Shown: positions 1 through 8,525 of the stretch, piece after piece
How positions within the stretch are numbered: position 1 is the first letter of the stretch
Layout of the letters: the number at the start of each line of letters is the position of its first letter
NCBI GenBank assembly: GCA_030066875.1
Contig: JASJAS010000002.1
Coordinates: 212 to 64,211, forward strand
Reading direction: 5' to 3'
Length of the DNA: 64,000 bases
DNA from: Acidimicrobiia bacterium
GTDB taxonomy: Bacteria; Actinomycetota; Acidimicrobiia; Spongiisociales; UBA5794
Translations under genes and position numbers: made by a program
Notes under the pieces: generated by a model
What the model was told of the DNA's origin: nothing
Databases searched by the model: none
What the model saw: only the letters and a program-made list of their open reading frames with translations

Positions 1-1
1 T

Positions 2-1525
2 GACTGGATGTTCATCAAAGACCCGCAACACTTCTCGTGGATGGGTCCGGCGGCTACGCAGGCATACGGCCCAACCCCGTTGGCCTACCCGGTCGATACG
101 TCCCCGGCAGCTTTCGCTGATGAAGTTCTGGTGACGCAGACGCCGTTCGGTCAGCCGAACCCGGATTACCAATACGTCATTGCCGACGGCGACGGGAATG
201 GGCTGGCGGATGTGTTCCAGTTGGTGCCCCGCTCCAACGGCACCAGGCTGGAGTACTCGCAGACCGATCGCAGGCATGAATGGTGCGCCGTCGGGAGGGA
301 TCATGCCCTCGACATCGAGGTCGGCGACCGGATTGCGTTGATGGGTGACTACTCCCGGGTCGGGCGCAACGACCTGCTCCTGATCGACAACTCGGATGAA
401 TACCTGTCGATCCAGGTATCGCTCAAGCCGACGAGCTTTGAGGAGTCGATCACCGTGCCGACCCTCATCCCCAGCGTCGTCGGCGACGACTACCTCTTCG
501 GCGATCACGACCGTGACGGCAACATCGACCTCTACGTGATTCACCATGGAGAATCCGCGACGTCGGTCACGGTGTACGACGGCGGCGAGGACTTCACCAC
601 GCAGCTGCTTGCCACCGACACCGGGCTCGGTGACACGACCGGCAGTCTCTTCACTCTGGGTGATACCAACCTCGACGAGCTGCCTGACCTGTTTGCCGTG
701 ACCAGGGACGGTGATACCAAGACCGTTGCCATCTTGCCCAACGGCTATAGCACCGTCACTGCGACCTACTCGCTCGATGTGGAGGGGGAGCTGATCGACG
801 TGCGGGTGAACGACTACGACGGCGACGGTCGCGGCGACCTTTGGCTCTGGGACACATCGGGCACCCTCCGTGTCCGGCTGGGCAACATCCGGCTCCCCGG
901 CGTGTCGCCTTCCTCATGGCACAACAACCCCGGTTGGGAATGCGACGAGGACAGTCCTCCCTACGTCTTCTCAGGGCTGTTCCGTGACGACGACGGCAAC
1001 ATCCACGAGCAAGACATCGACACGATTGGTGCGGCTGGGATTTCCCAAGGCTGCAACCCGCCGTTCAACGACGAGTACTGTCCCGACCGCGAAGTATCAC
1101 GTGGCGAGATAGCTGCCTTCCTAGTGCGAACCTTCGGTTTGACGGACGACGGGGGCGAAGACTGGTTCGTTGATGATGACGAGTCGGTGTTCCAATCGGA
1201 CATCAACAAGCTGGCGGCTGCCGGGATTACCACAGGCTGCAACTCGCCTGATCTCGATGAGTTTTGCCCAGACGAGACCGTCAGCCGGGCAGCCATGGCA
1301 GCGTTTCTGGTGCGCGCGCTCGGGCTCGAGGACAACGGTGGGGGAGATCTGTTCGTCGATGACGACGGATCGGTGTTCGAAGCAGACATCGACAAGCTGG
1401 CGATCGCGGGGATAACCCTCGGCTGCAACCCGCCCGTCTACGACCGGTTCTGCCCAACCGAGCCCGTCAGACGTGACCAGATGGCGAGCTTCCTTGCGAG
1501 GGCGCTCGGGTCACTCACCGCATAG
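2..1525 (+). CDS. Secreted FG-GAP/VCBS-like repeat protein with three C-terminal SLH-like repeats. It is probably 5'-truncated by the window edge.
   Basis: The frame is open from the window edge and no signal peptide is visible after Met at 8. It has Ca-binding-like 'DGDGNGLADVF', 'DRDGNIDLY' and 'DYDGDGRGDLWLW' motifs. Three ~60-aa repeats at 980..1522 read 'FxDDDGSVFxxDIxKLAxAGITxGCNxPxxxxFCPxxxVxRxxMAxFLxRALGL', which resembles S-layer homology domains. Confidence 0.75.
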   Translation, partial: DWMFIKDPQHFSWMGPAATQAYGPTPLAYPVDTSPAAFADEVLVTQTPFGQPNPDYQYVIADGDGNGLADVFQLVPRSNGTRLEYSQTDRRHEWCAVGRDHALDIEVGDRIALMGDYSRVGRNDLLLIDNSDEYLSIQVSLKPTSFEESITVPTLIPSVVGDDYLFGDHDRDGNIDLYVIHHGESATSVTVYDGGEDFTTQLLATDTGLGDTTGSLFTLGDTNLDELPDLFAVTRDGDTKTVAILPNGYSTVTATYSLDVEGELIDVRVNDYDGDGRGDLWLWDTSGTLRVRLGNIRLPGVSPSSWHNNPGWECDEDSPPYVFSGLFRDDDGNIHEQDIDTIGAAGISQGCNPPFNDEYCPDREVSRGEIAAFLVRTFGLTDDGGEDWFVDDDESVFQSDINKLAAAGITTGCNSPDLDEFCPDETVSRAAMAAFLVRALGLEDNGGGDLFVDDDGSVFEADIDKLAIAGITLGCNPPVYDRFCPTEPVRRDQMASFLARALGSLTA

Positions 1526-1643
1526 CGAGGCGGCGAAACCTTCCAGAACCTGGATGGGCGTTGGGCAAAGGTCGCGATATGGACCAAGATCGGGGCTGGC
1601 GATCCCGCCTCAAGCGGGATCTCGAGGAGTCGATACTCTGAAG

Positions 1644-3611
1644 ATGCACCGCTCGAGAAGGATTTCCCGTTTGGCGCGCACCGCGGTCGTCGCGCTCACC
1701 ATCGCAGCCCTCATCGTGCCCGCCGGCACTGCAGCCGCGGACGAAGAAGCGACCGTCACTTTCGAAGGCGCGGGCTGGGGTCACGCCGTCGGGTTGAGCC
1801 AATACGGTGCCTATGGAGCGTCGCGCGACGGTTGGTCGGACGAAGAGATCACGAACTATTTCTACCAGGGCACAAGCATCGAGGTCTTAGGGGAAGGCGA
1901 TCTGTCGGTGCCCGACGATATCTGGGTTGGGCTGAAGCGGGACCTGGATTCGGTGACGTTGATTGCGCGCCAGGTCATCTATCCCGGATCGCCGGTCACG
2001 CCAGCTCCGATGACGCTGACCCGCCCCGCCGACGGGATGAGTTGGGAGCTCGCCGTTGATGATCGCGTGGAGATCAATCGGGTCCCCGGCGAGCGGAAGT
2101 GCGACCTCATCTTCTCGGGTTCTTTCGCCGAGGAGTCGCTTGGTGGCTCCTGCGATCTCGATGTCACTTGGGACGGTGATGCCGAGATGCCGACGCGCAA
2201 GATCGAGGTCGATGGGTGTGAGTTCATCGACTGGAACGGAGCGGAGAGCCAATACCCCCCCGGCGGACCTTCGATCATGCGGCCTTGTCAATACGGCCGA
2301 GGTTATCTGGTGATCCGGGCGCCGGGACCGCCGGGTTCGATTGCCACCGGTCCCTTCGACATGTCGATGGTCATGGGGATGGAGGATTACCTACTTGGCA
2401 TCTCCGAGATGCCGTACTGGTGGGGTCATGCGCAGGCACGTGGCATGGAAGCGCTGAAGGCTCAAGCGATCGCGGCTCGCTCCTATGCCAGGGAGCTGCA
2501 GCTCTATCGGGGTACCCCGGGCAACAACTCGTGTGGAGCGTGGTGCCATGTGCGCGACGACACCTACGATCAGCGGTATGTGGGCTGGGGTCACGGCTGG
2601 ACCACCTGGACGGCGGCTGTGGAGTCGACGGCCGGGGAGGTGATGACCCACCCCGATGCGACAACCAGCCCGGTGGCGGCCAACGACACCGAGAACATCG
2701 TGCGCGGCTACTACTCCTCCTCGAGCGGGGGAGCCACCGAATACGGGCACGAGGTGGGCGTCGGTGGCACGGTCCCCAAGCCCTACTACTCCTCGGTTCC
2801 CGACCCGTGGTCGCTGGATCCGAGCCTGAACTTCCGCGCCGATTGGAGCTTCGAGTTCTCCGCAGACTTCGTGGCCGGCAAGGTTGGGTTGGACACGCTG
2901 GAGTCGGTGGCGGTCACTGATCGCAACACGTCCGGCAGCGCCCGCACAGTCGAGTTCGTCGGCATCGACGATGGTGCCGCGGCCACGAGGACCTGGACAA
3001 GCCAGGATGTAAGGTCGGTGTTCGGCCTCTACTCGATCTACTTCGATGTTGTGTACGGCACCGCGTCTCCCTTCACGGACATCATCGGTTCCGTCCACTA
3101 CGACGACATCGTTTACATCGCCGACGCCGGGATCACCGCCGGCTGCAATCCGCCCTACAACACCGAATTCTGCCCCGGTGGCTTCGTTACCCGCGGGCAG
3201 ATGGCCGCTTTCCTGGTCAGAGCCCTGGGCCTGAGCGATGACGGCGGTCAGGATTGGTTTGGAGATGACGACGGGATCACCTTCGAGGGCGACATCAACC
3301 GGCTGGCAACCGCTGGCATCACCTTCGGATGCAACGAAGACGGCACGAGGTTCTGCCCCAATGACACGGTGTCGCGCGCTCAGATGGCGGCCTTTCTCGT
3401 CAGAGCTTTCGGCTACTCCGATCCGGGAGCAGGCAATTGGTTCACCGACGACGATGGGTCGATCTTTGAGTCCGACATCGACAAGCTGCGGGTCGCCGGC
3501 GTGACCTTCGGCTGCAACCCTCCGGACAACGACAAGTACTGCCCGGAAGACCCCGTGCGACGTGACCAGATGGCGTCGTTCCTAGCGCGGGCGCTTCGCG
3601 GCCAGGCGTAG
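1644..3611 (+). CDS. SpoIID/LytB-domain protein with three C-terminal SLH-like repeats.
   Basis: The start is set at ATG 1644, giving a signal peptide 'MHRSRRISRLARTAVVALTIAALIVPAGTAAA'. SpoIID-like motifs 'GWGHAVGLSQYGAYG' and 'YYSSSSGGATE' are present. Three SLH-like repeats at 3072..3608 are homologous to those of the upstream gene. Confidence 0.8.
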   Translation: MHRSRRISRLARTAVVALTIAALIVPAGTAAADEEATVTFEGAGWGHAVGLSQYGAYGASRDGWSDEEITNYFYQGTSIEVLGEGDLSVPDDIWVGLKRDLDSVTLIARQVIYPGSPVTPAPMTLTRPADGMSWELAVDDRVEINRVPGERKCDLIFSGSFAEESLGGSCDLDVTWDGDAEMPTRKIEVDGCEFIDWNGAESQYPPGGPSIMRPCQYGRGYLVIRAPGPPGSIATGPFDMSMVMGMEDYLLGISEMPYWWGHAQARGMEALKAQAIAARSYARELQLYRGTPGNNSCGAWCHVRDDTYDQRYVGWGHGWTTWTAAVESTAGEVMTHPDATTSPVAANDTENIVRGYYSSSSGGATEYGHEVGVGGTVPKPYYSSVPDPWSLDPSLNFRADWSFEFSADFVAGKVGLDTLESVAVTDRNTSGSARTVEFVGIDDGAAATRTWTSQDVRSVFGLYSIYFDVVYGTASPFTDIIGSVHYDDIVYIADAGITAGCNPPYNTEFCPGGFVTRGQMAAFLVRALGLSDDGGQDWFGDDDGITFEGDINRLATAGITFGCNEDGTRFCPNDTVSRAQMAAFLVRAFGYSDPGAGNWFTDDDGSIFESDIDKLRVAGVTFGCNPPDNDKYCPEDPVRRDQMASFLARALRGQA

Positions 3612-3657
3612 CAACCCATCTACACTTGCGTCGCGATCCGTAGCAAAGAGGTCTTGA

Positions 3658-4956
3658 ATGCAAAGTGAGCGCGTCCGTTTCTTCGCCGAAGAGCGGTGGA
3701 CCGGCGGTGTCATCGGCATGGGATATGTGGGTCTGCCGCTTGCGGTGACCATGGTCGAGCACGGGATGCGAGCCATCGGTTTCGATCGATCCCAAGAGCG
3801 GGTCGACCTGCTCAATCGTGGCGTATCCCCTGTCGAGGACGTATCCGATGACGAGCTCACGGCTGCGCTAGCCGACGGTCTCGAAGTCACATCGGACGAA
3901 GCCCGCCTCGCCGAGAGCGACGCAATCTTTATTTGCGTGCCGAGCCCGCTGGGCCGCAACCGCGAACCCGACCTCTCGTTCATCCGATCCGCCGCGGAAA
4001 CAGTCAAAGGCGTTGTGGGCTCAGGCATGTTGGTTTCGCTCGAATCGACCACCTACCCCGGGACCACCGAGGACATCCTCGTCCCCGCGGTTGAAGAGGC
4101 CGGCTTCGTCCCCGACGAGGACGTGTTCGTTGCATTCTCTCCCGAACGGGTATCTCCGGGCGCCGAAATGAAGACCGGCGATATACCCAAAGTCGTCGGC
4201 GGCATCACTCCACGGTCGACCGAAGTCGCCAGCGCGGCCTACGCCAGGATCGTCGCCTCGGTTCACCCGGTTTCCTCTGCCCGGGCCGCAGAGATGGCCA
4301 AGCTGCTGGAGAACACTTACCGGGCAGTGAATATCGGCCTGATCAACGAGATGGCGCAACTCGCCCACGAGCTCGACATTTCGATCTGGGAGGTCGTCGA
4401 CGCGGCGGCAACAAAGCCGTTCGGTTTTCAGCCCTTCTACCCGGGGCCGGGTGTTGGCGGGCATTGCATTCCGCTCGATCCACAGTTCCTGGCGTGGCGG
4501 GCCAAGGAAGCCAATTTCGCCACCCGATTCATCGACCTCGCCGAGCAGGTCAACATCAAGATGCCGGCCTATGCCGCAAGGCGAGTAAGTGATCTGCTCA
4601 ATCGCGCCGGGTTACCCGTATACGGCACCAAGGTCCTCGGCGTCGGGATCGCTTACAAGCCGAACGTCGCCGACGATCGGGAATCGGCTTCGATCGAGGT
4701 TCTGCGCGAGCTGGAAGGGCGCGGTGCCCGGATCGCGGTTCTCGATCCGGTGGTAGGTGAGGACCGCATTGCTGTCCACGGATTCGATCCGGTCGCGGCG
4801 GACGGCTCGCTGGAAGATTACGCGATGGCGGTTCTGCTGACCGATCACGCCGTTCTCGATTTGAAGCGCATTGCGACCGAAGTGCCGATCGTTCTCGACA
4901 CCCGCGGCGCCTATCGCCGAGCCGGGTTGGAGTTCGATAACGTCGAAGCTCTGTGA
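3658..4956 (+). CDS. Nucleotide-sugar dehydrogenase of the UDP-glucose/GDP-mannose dehydrogenase family (WecC/TuaD-like).
   Basis: N-terminal Rossmann motif 'GVIGMGYVGLPLAV' and catalytic-Cys motif 'GVGGHCIPLDP'. The length of 432 aa is typical. An AGAGG RBS lies upstream. Confidence 0.85.
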   Translation: MQSERVRFFAEERWTGGVIGMGYVGLPLAVTMVEHGMRAIGFDRSQERVDLLNRGVSPVEDVSDDELTAALADGLEVTSDEARLAESDAIFICVPSPLGRNREPDLSFIRSAAETVKGVVGSGMLVSLESTTYPGTTEDILVPAVEEAGFVPDEDVFVAFSPERVSPGAEMKTGDIPKVVGGITPRSTEVASAAYARIVASVHPVSSARAAEMAKLLENTYRAVNIGLINEMAQLAHELDISIWEVVDAAATKPFGFQPFYPGPGVGGHCIPLDPQFLAWRAKEANFATRFIDLAEQVNIKMPAYAARRVSDLLNRAGLPVYGTKVLGVGIAYKPNVADDRESASIEVLRELEGRGARIAVLDPVVGEDRIAVHGFDPVAADGSLEDYAMAVLLTDHAVLDLKRIATEVPIVLDTRGAYRRAGLEFDNVEAL

Positions 4957-6011
4957 AACCAAGGCTGCTCGTCGTCTCTCCGGTGCACCCCCCGGACGAC
5001 CCGCGTATCCGGCACAAGCTGATCCGAACGCTGCAGGCGGAATGGGCCGTGACGTTTGCCGGCCGCGACAGGGGGCCGGTCGACCAGCAAGGCATGAGAT
5101 GGGTAGAGCTGCCCGGTGGCCGGTTGCGTCGCGGAGCTCACGCCACTTGGCTGCTCATGAAACGGAACTACGACGTCGTCTCGCTCCATGATCCTGAGAT
5201 GCTGCCGGCGGCCCTCCTGGCCAGCTTGCTCGGCAGAACCATCGTGTTCGATGTTCACGAGAACGTCCCGGCTCAGTTGCGCTCCAAGCCCTGGATTCCA
5301 CGGTTGCTGCGCCGTCCCGCCGCCTGGATCTCGAGCTTGCTGCTTCGGTTGGCCGAGAAGCGCTTCCCGATGACTCTGGCGGAGGCCGGCTACAGCTCGT
5401 TGTTCGCGGAAGAGCACCCCGTCTTCCCCAACTACCTGACCGGAAAGCCACCTGAGCCACGCGACCCGGACCCCACCGTCGGTGTCGTCTATCTGGGCGA
5501 TGTCACTGAAGCGCGCGGTCTAGCGATGGTCGTCGAGGCGGTAGCAGAGGGCGGGGCGTCGACGATGACCATCATGGGTAGGTGCCGGCCCGACTTCAAG
5601 ACACAGCTGATGGCTACCGCCCGTCGGCACGAGCTCGACTTGCAGTTCCACGGCTTTGTCGATCCGGACGAAGCGTTGCGCATCACCGCAGCCGGCATTC
5701 TCGGGTTGTCTCCGCTGTTGGATACCCCCAACTATCGAGCCTCATTGCCGACAAAAGTCCTCGAGTACCTCGCGGTCGGAATACCGACGGTGGCCTCGGA
5801 CTTGCCCGGCACCCGTAGCGTCGTTGGAGATACCCCGGGAGTGATCCTGGTGCCACCCGGCGATCTTGGTGCCTGGCGCACCGCAATACGGGAGGCCATG
5901 GCCGATCCGAAGCTCCGCGCCGATGCACGGGCAGGCGCCGAGGCGATCCGGATGTCGTACGTATGGCCGGAGGAAGACGTGCGGGCCTTCTACCGCGAGC
6001 TGCTTGGCTAG
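4953..6011 (+). CDS. Glycosyltransferase family 4 (GT-B fold).
   Basis: GTGA start/stop overlap with the upstream dehydrogenase. N-terminus 'MKPRLLVVSPVHPPDDPRI' and C-terminal 'PTKVLEYLAVGIPTVASDLPG' are GT4-like. Confidence 0.75.
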   Translation: MKPRLLVVSPVHPPDDPRIRHKLIRTLQAEWAVTFAGRDRGPVDQQGMRWVELPGGRLRRGAHATWLLMKRNYDVVSLHDPEMLPAALLASLLGRTIVFDVHENVPAQLRSKPWIPRLLRRPAAWISSLLLRLAEKRFPMTLAEAGYSSLFAEEHPVFPNYLTGKPPEPRDPDPTVGVVYLGDVTEARGLAMVVEAVAEGGASTMTIMGRCRPDFKTQLMATARRHELDLQFHGFVDPDEALRITAAGILGLSPLLDTPNYRASLPTKVLEYLAVGIPTVASDLPGTRSVVGDTPGVILVPPGDLGAWRTAIREAMADPKLRADARAGAEAIRMSYVWPEEDVRAFYRELLG

Positions 6012-6970
6012 CGGCTGCTCAGAAAGCCGAGGCCCCACGCAACGTGCATCGTGGCCACTGCAGCAGGGAACAACAGGGCTGCAGGGTCTCGTGTTCTGAT
6101 CAACTGGCTGATTGTCGCCGTTGCCAACAACACAACGTAGAGGAGCGGAACCACGGGGGCGAGCGGACGCCATGGGGTGAACGCCAGCACCAGGGAAATC
6201 AGAAGTGCAATGATGAACAACGGCGCCACCAACTGACGCAGCCGGGTCGATTCGGGGTGCATCCTGATCACCCGCCGTTTCCACGTCCCGTACTCGAAGA
6301 ACTGGCGCCACAGTGCCGCCAGGGTGCGGCGCGGCCGGTAGATGACGCGCAAACTCGGGTCGAACCAGACAATGCCCCCGTTGGCTCGCAGCCGGATGTT
6401 GAGTTCGTAGTCCTGGTTGCGGGTGAGGTCTTCATCGAACATACCTGCCTCGATGAGGGCGGATCGTCGGAACACGCCGAGGTAAACGGTGTCCGTTGCC
6501 CCGGGCGGTCCGCCGTAGTGGAAGCGGGCGTCGCCCACTCCGACGCGTGAGGACATTGCGTAGGCGATGGCGCGCTGCATCGGGGTGATGCCGACGGCCT
6601 GCTGGATCCCCCCGACGTTGACCGCGCCGGTGTGCTCCATTGTGGCGACCGCCGTTCTGATGTAGTCGGGTTCGAACTCGGCGTGGCCATCGCAGCGCAC
6701 GATGACATCGCCTTGGGATGCGGCGGTCGCGATGTTGAGGCCACTCGGGGTCCGACCAGACGGATTGTCGACGTATCGAACCTGAGGAGACTCCCTACAG
6801 ATGCGGTCGAGGATCTCTCTAGTGCCGTCGTCGCTCATCCCGTCCGCGATGACGATCTCGACTTCACCGTCATAGTCCTGTCGCAGGATCGAAGTGATGG
6901 TGGCCTCGATGTTGGCGGCTTCGTTGCGGACCGGGATGATCACCGACACGAGCTTGATCGGGTCAGACAT
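6008..6970 (-). CDS. Glycosyltransferase family 2 with C-terminal transmembrane segments.
   Basis: 'VSVIIPVRNEAANIEATITSILRQDY...ADGMSDDGT' is the GT2 DxD region. The C-terminus is hydrophobic. The start is moved to ATG 6970, which overlaps the upstream stop by 8 nt (ATGTCTGA). Confidence 0.8.
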   Translation of the reverse strand: MSDPIKLVSVIIPVRNEAANIEATITSILRQDYDGEVEIVIADGMSDDGTREILDRICRESPQVRYVDNPSGRTPSGLNIATAASQGDVIVRCDGHAEFEPDYIRTAVATMEHTGAVNVGGIQQAVGITPMQRAIAYAMSSRVGVGDARFHYGGPPGATDTVYLGVFRRSALIEAGMFDEDLTRNQDYELNIRLRANGGIVWFDPSLRVIYRPRRTLAALWRQFFEYGTWKRRVIRMHPESTRLRQLVAPLFIIALLISLVLAFTPWRPLAPVVPLLYVVLLATATISQLIRTRDPAALLFPAAVATMHVAWGLGFLSSR

Positions 6971-7484
6971 CGACTTCCTCCGCCAGAGCGACCGCTTGCT
7001 CCATCCAACCTGCCCCGACTTCTCCGAACGGCTCGTGACGGTTCTCGACCGCAACATAGAGCTTGGCGGTCGTCGCCCGTGCCGTATCGACGAGGCGTTG
7101 CGGGTACTCCATGCTCAGCTGATGAGCCGCGAACTCGTCTTCATCCGCTATCTCGACACGTCCATCGCTCCAGCGCACGATGTCGAGGTCGATGTCCACC
7201 ATCGTCACCCGCGTTCCGTCCCATTGCGGCGGGGTAATGATGTCGATGTAGAGGTCGTAGCTTCTCTGGTGTCCCCAGATCGCTGTCCACCACTTGTTGT
7301 CGGGAATCAACTTGACGTTTGTCGTCTGTGACAGCTTCGCTGGTTCGTCGCCGCGCTGCATGGGAGACGCCGGGGGCGACCATAGCCACAGGCCATGCTC
7401 GTCCTCACCAAGACGACGCATGGCAAACTGCCAGTGACGTTGCCCGTCCCACTTGCGAAAGTCAATCTGCACGAGGTCGTTCAT
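6963..7484 (-). CDS. DUF402-family protein.
   Basis: 'FRKWDGQRHWQFAMRRLGEDEHGLWLW...DLDLDIV' resembles DUF402 from memory. It is translationally coupled to the GT2 gene. Confidence 0.55.
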   Translation of the reverse strand: MNDLVQIDFRKWDGQRHWQFAMRRLGEDEHGLWLWSPPASPMQRGDEPAKLSQTTNVKLIPDNKWWTAIWGHQRSYDLYIDIITPPQWDGTRVTMVDIDLDIVRWSDGRVEIADEDEFAAHQLSMEYPQRLVDTARATTAKLYVAVENRHEPFGEVGAGWMEQAVALAEEVDV

Positions 7485-7511
7485 CCGACCGTCGAGCCTA
7501 CTGAGGTTCGG

Positions 7512-8525
7512 CTACTCGACGCGCCAGGTTCCGTGCTGGGACACGAGATCGGAGATCGAGGCGGAAGCGTTACGTTCCTTGGCTGCCTCGATCTGTTCGG
7601 TCATGAGCTCACCGTAGGTGACCCGCTGCACCTGGCGGAATACCCCGATTGGAGTCGGTCCGGTGGGTCCGTGCGAAAGTCGACTCAACAAGAAGGCCAC
7701 TCCCGGGTTCGGCATGGTGGGATCGTGAATCGCGATGGCGTCCATCCCAACATCAGCGACCTCGACGATCTTGGCTCCGTCGAGGCCAACGGTTACCCCC
7801 ATCTCGTTGTCGGCTCCGAACACGATCGGCTCGCCGGCTTCGAGGTAGATCCGGTTGGCTTCCCGTTCCTGACGGCCCGTGAGTAGCTGGAAAGCCTTGT
7901 CGTTGAAGACGTTGCAGTTCTGGTAGATCTCGACGAATGCCGTGCCCTGATGCTCGTAGGCGGCGCGCAGCATCGCGGTGGTGTGAGGACGGTCCATGTC
8001 GATGGTCCGGGCAACGAACGTTGCTTCCGTCCCCAGCGCAAGGCTCACCGGGTTGAAGGGATGGTCGATCGACCCGGCCGGGCTGGTCTTCGTCCGCTTT
8101 CCGAGTTCGCTCGTGGGCGAATACTGCCCCTTCGTGAGACCGTAGATCTGGTTGTTGAACAGCAGAATCTTGAGATTGACGTTGCGTCGTAAGGCGTGGA
8201 TCAGGTGGTTGCCGCCGATGGACAGCCCGTCACCGTCGCCGGTGATCACCCACACCGTGAGGCTCGGGTCGGCAAGCGCCACTCCGGTGGCAATGGCGGC
8301 GGCCCGTCCGTGGATCGAGTGCATGCCGTATGTGTTCATGTAATACGGGAAGCGCGATGCACAACCGATTCCCGATACGAACACATGCTTCTCTCTGTCG
8401 ACGTCCAGCTCTGCAAGGAAGTTCTGCACCGAGGCCAAGATGGTGTAGTCGCCGCAACCGGGGCACCACTTGACTTCGCCTCCAGATTGGAAATCGGCCC
8501 GCGTGTAGCGAGTGTCGGTAGTCAT
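7512..8525 (-). CDS. korB: 2-oxoacid:ferredoxin oxidoreductase, beta (TPP-binding) subunit.
   Basis: 'KWCPGCGDYTIL', 'GIGCASRFPYY' and 'TGDGDGLSIGGNH' TPP motifs. ATGA overlap with korA. Confidence 0.9.
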   Translation of the reverse strand: MTTDTRYTRADFQSGGEVKWCPGCGDYTILASVQNFLAELDVDREKHVFVSGIGCASRFPYYMNTYGMHSIHGRAAAIATGVALADPSLTVWVITGDGDGLSIGGNHLIHALRRNVNLKILLFNNQIYGLTKGQYSPTSELGKRTKTSPAGSIDHPFNPVSLALGTEATFVARTIDMDRPHTTAMLRAAYEHQGTAFVEIYQNCNVFNDKAFQLLTGRQEREANRIYLEAGEPIVFGADNEMGVTVGLDGAKIVEVADVGMDAIAIHDPTMPNPGVAFLLSRLSHGPTGPTPIGVFRQVQRVTYGELMTEQIEAAKERNASASISDLVSQHGTWRVE

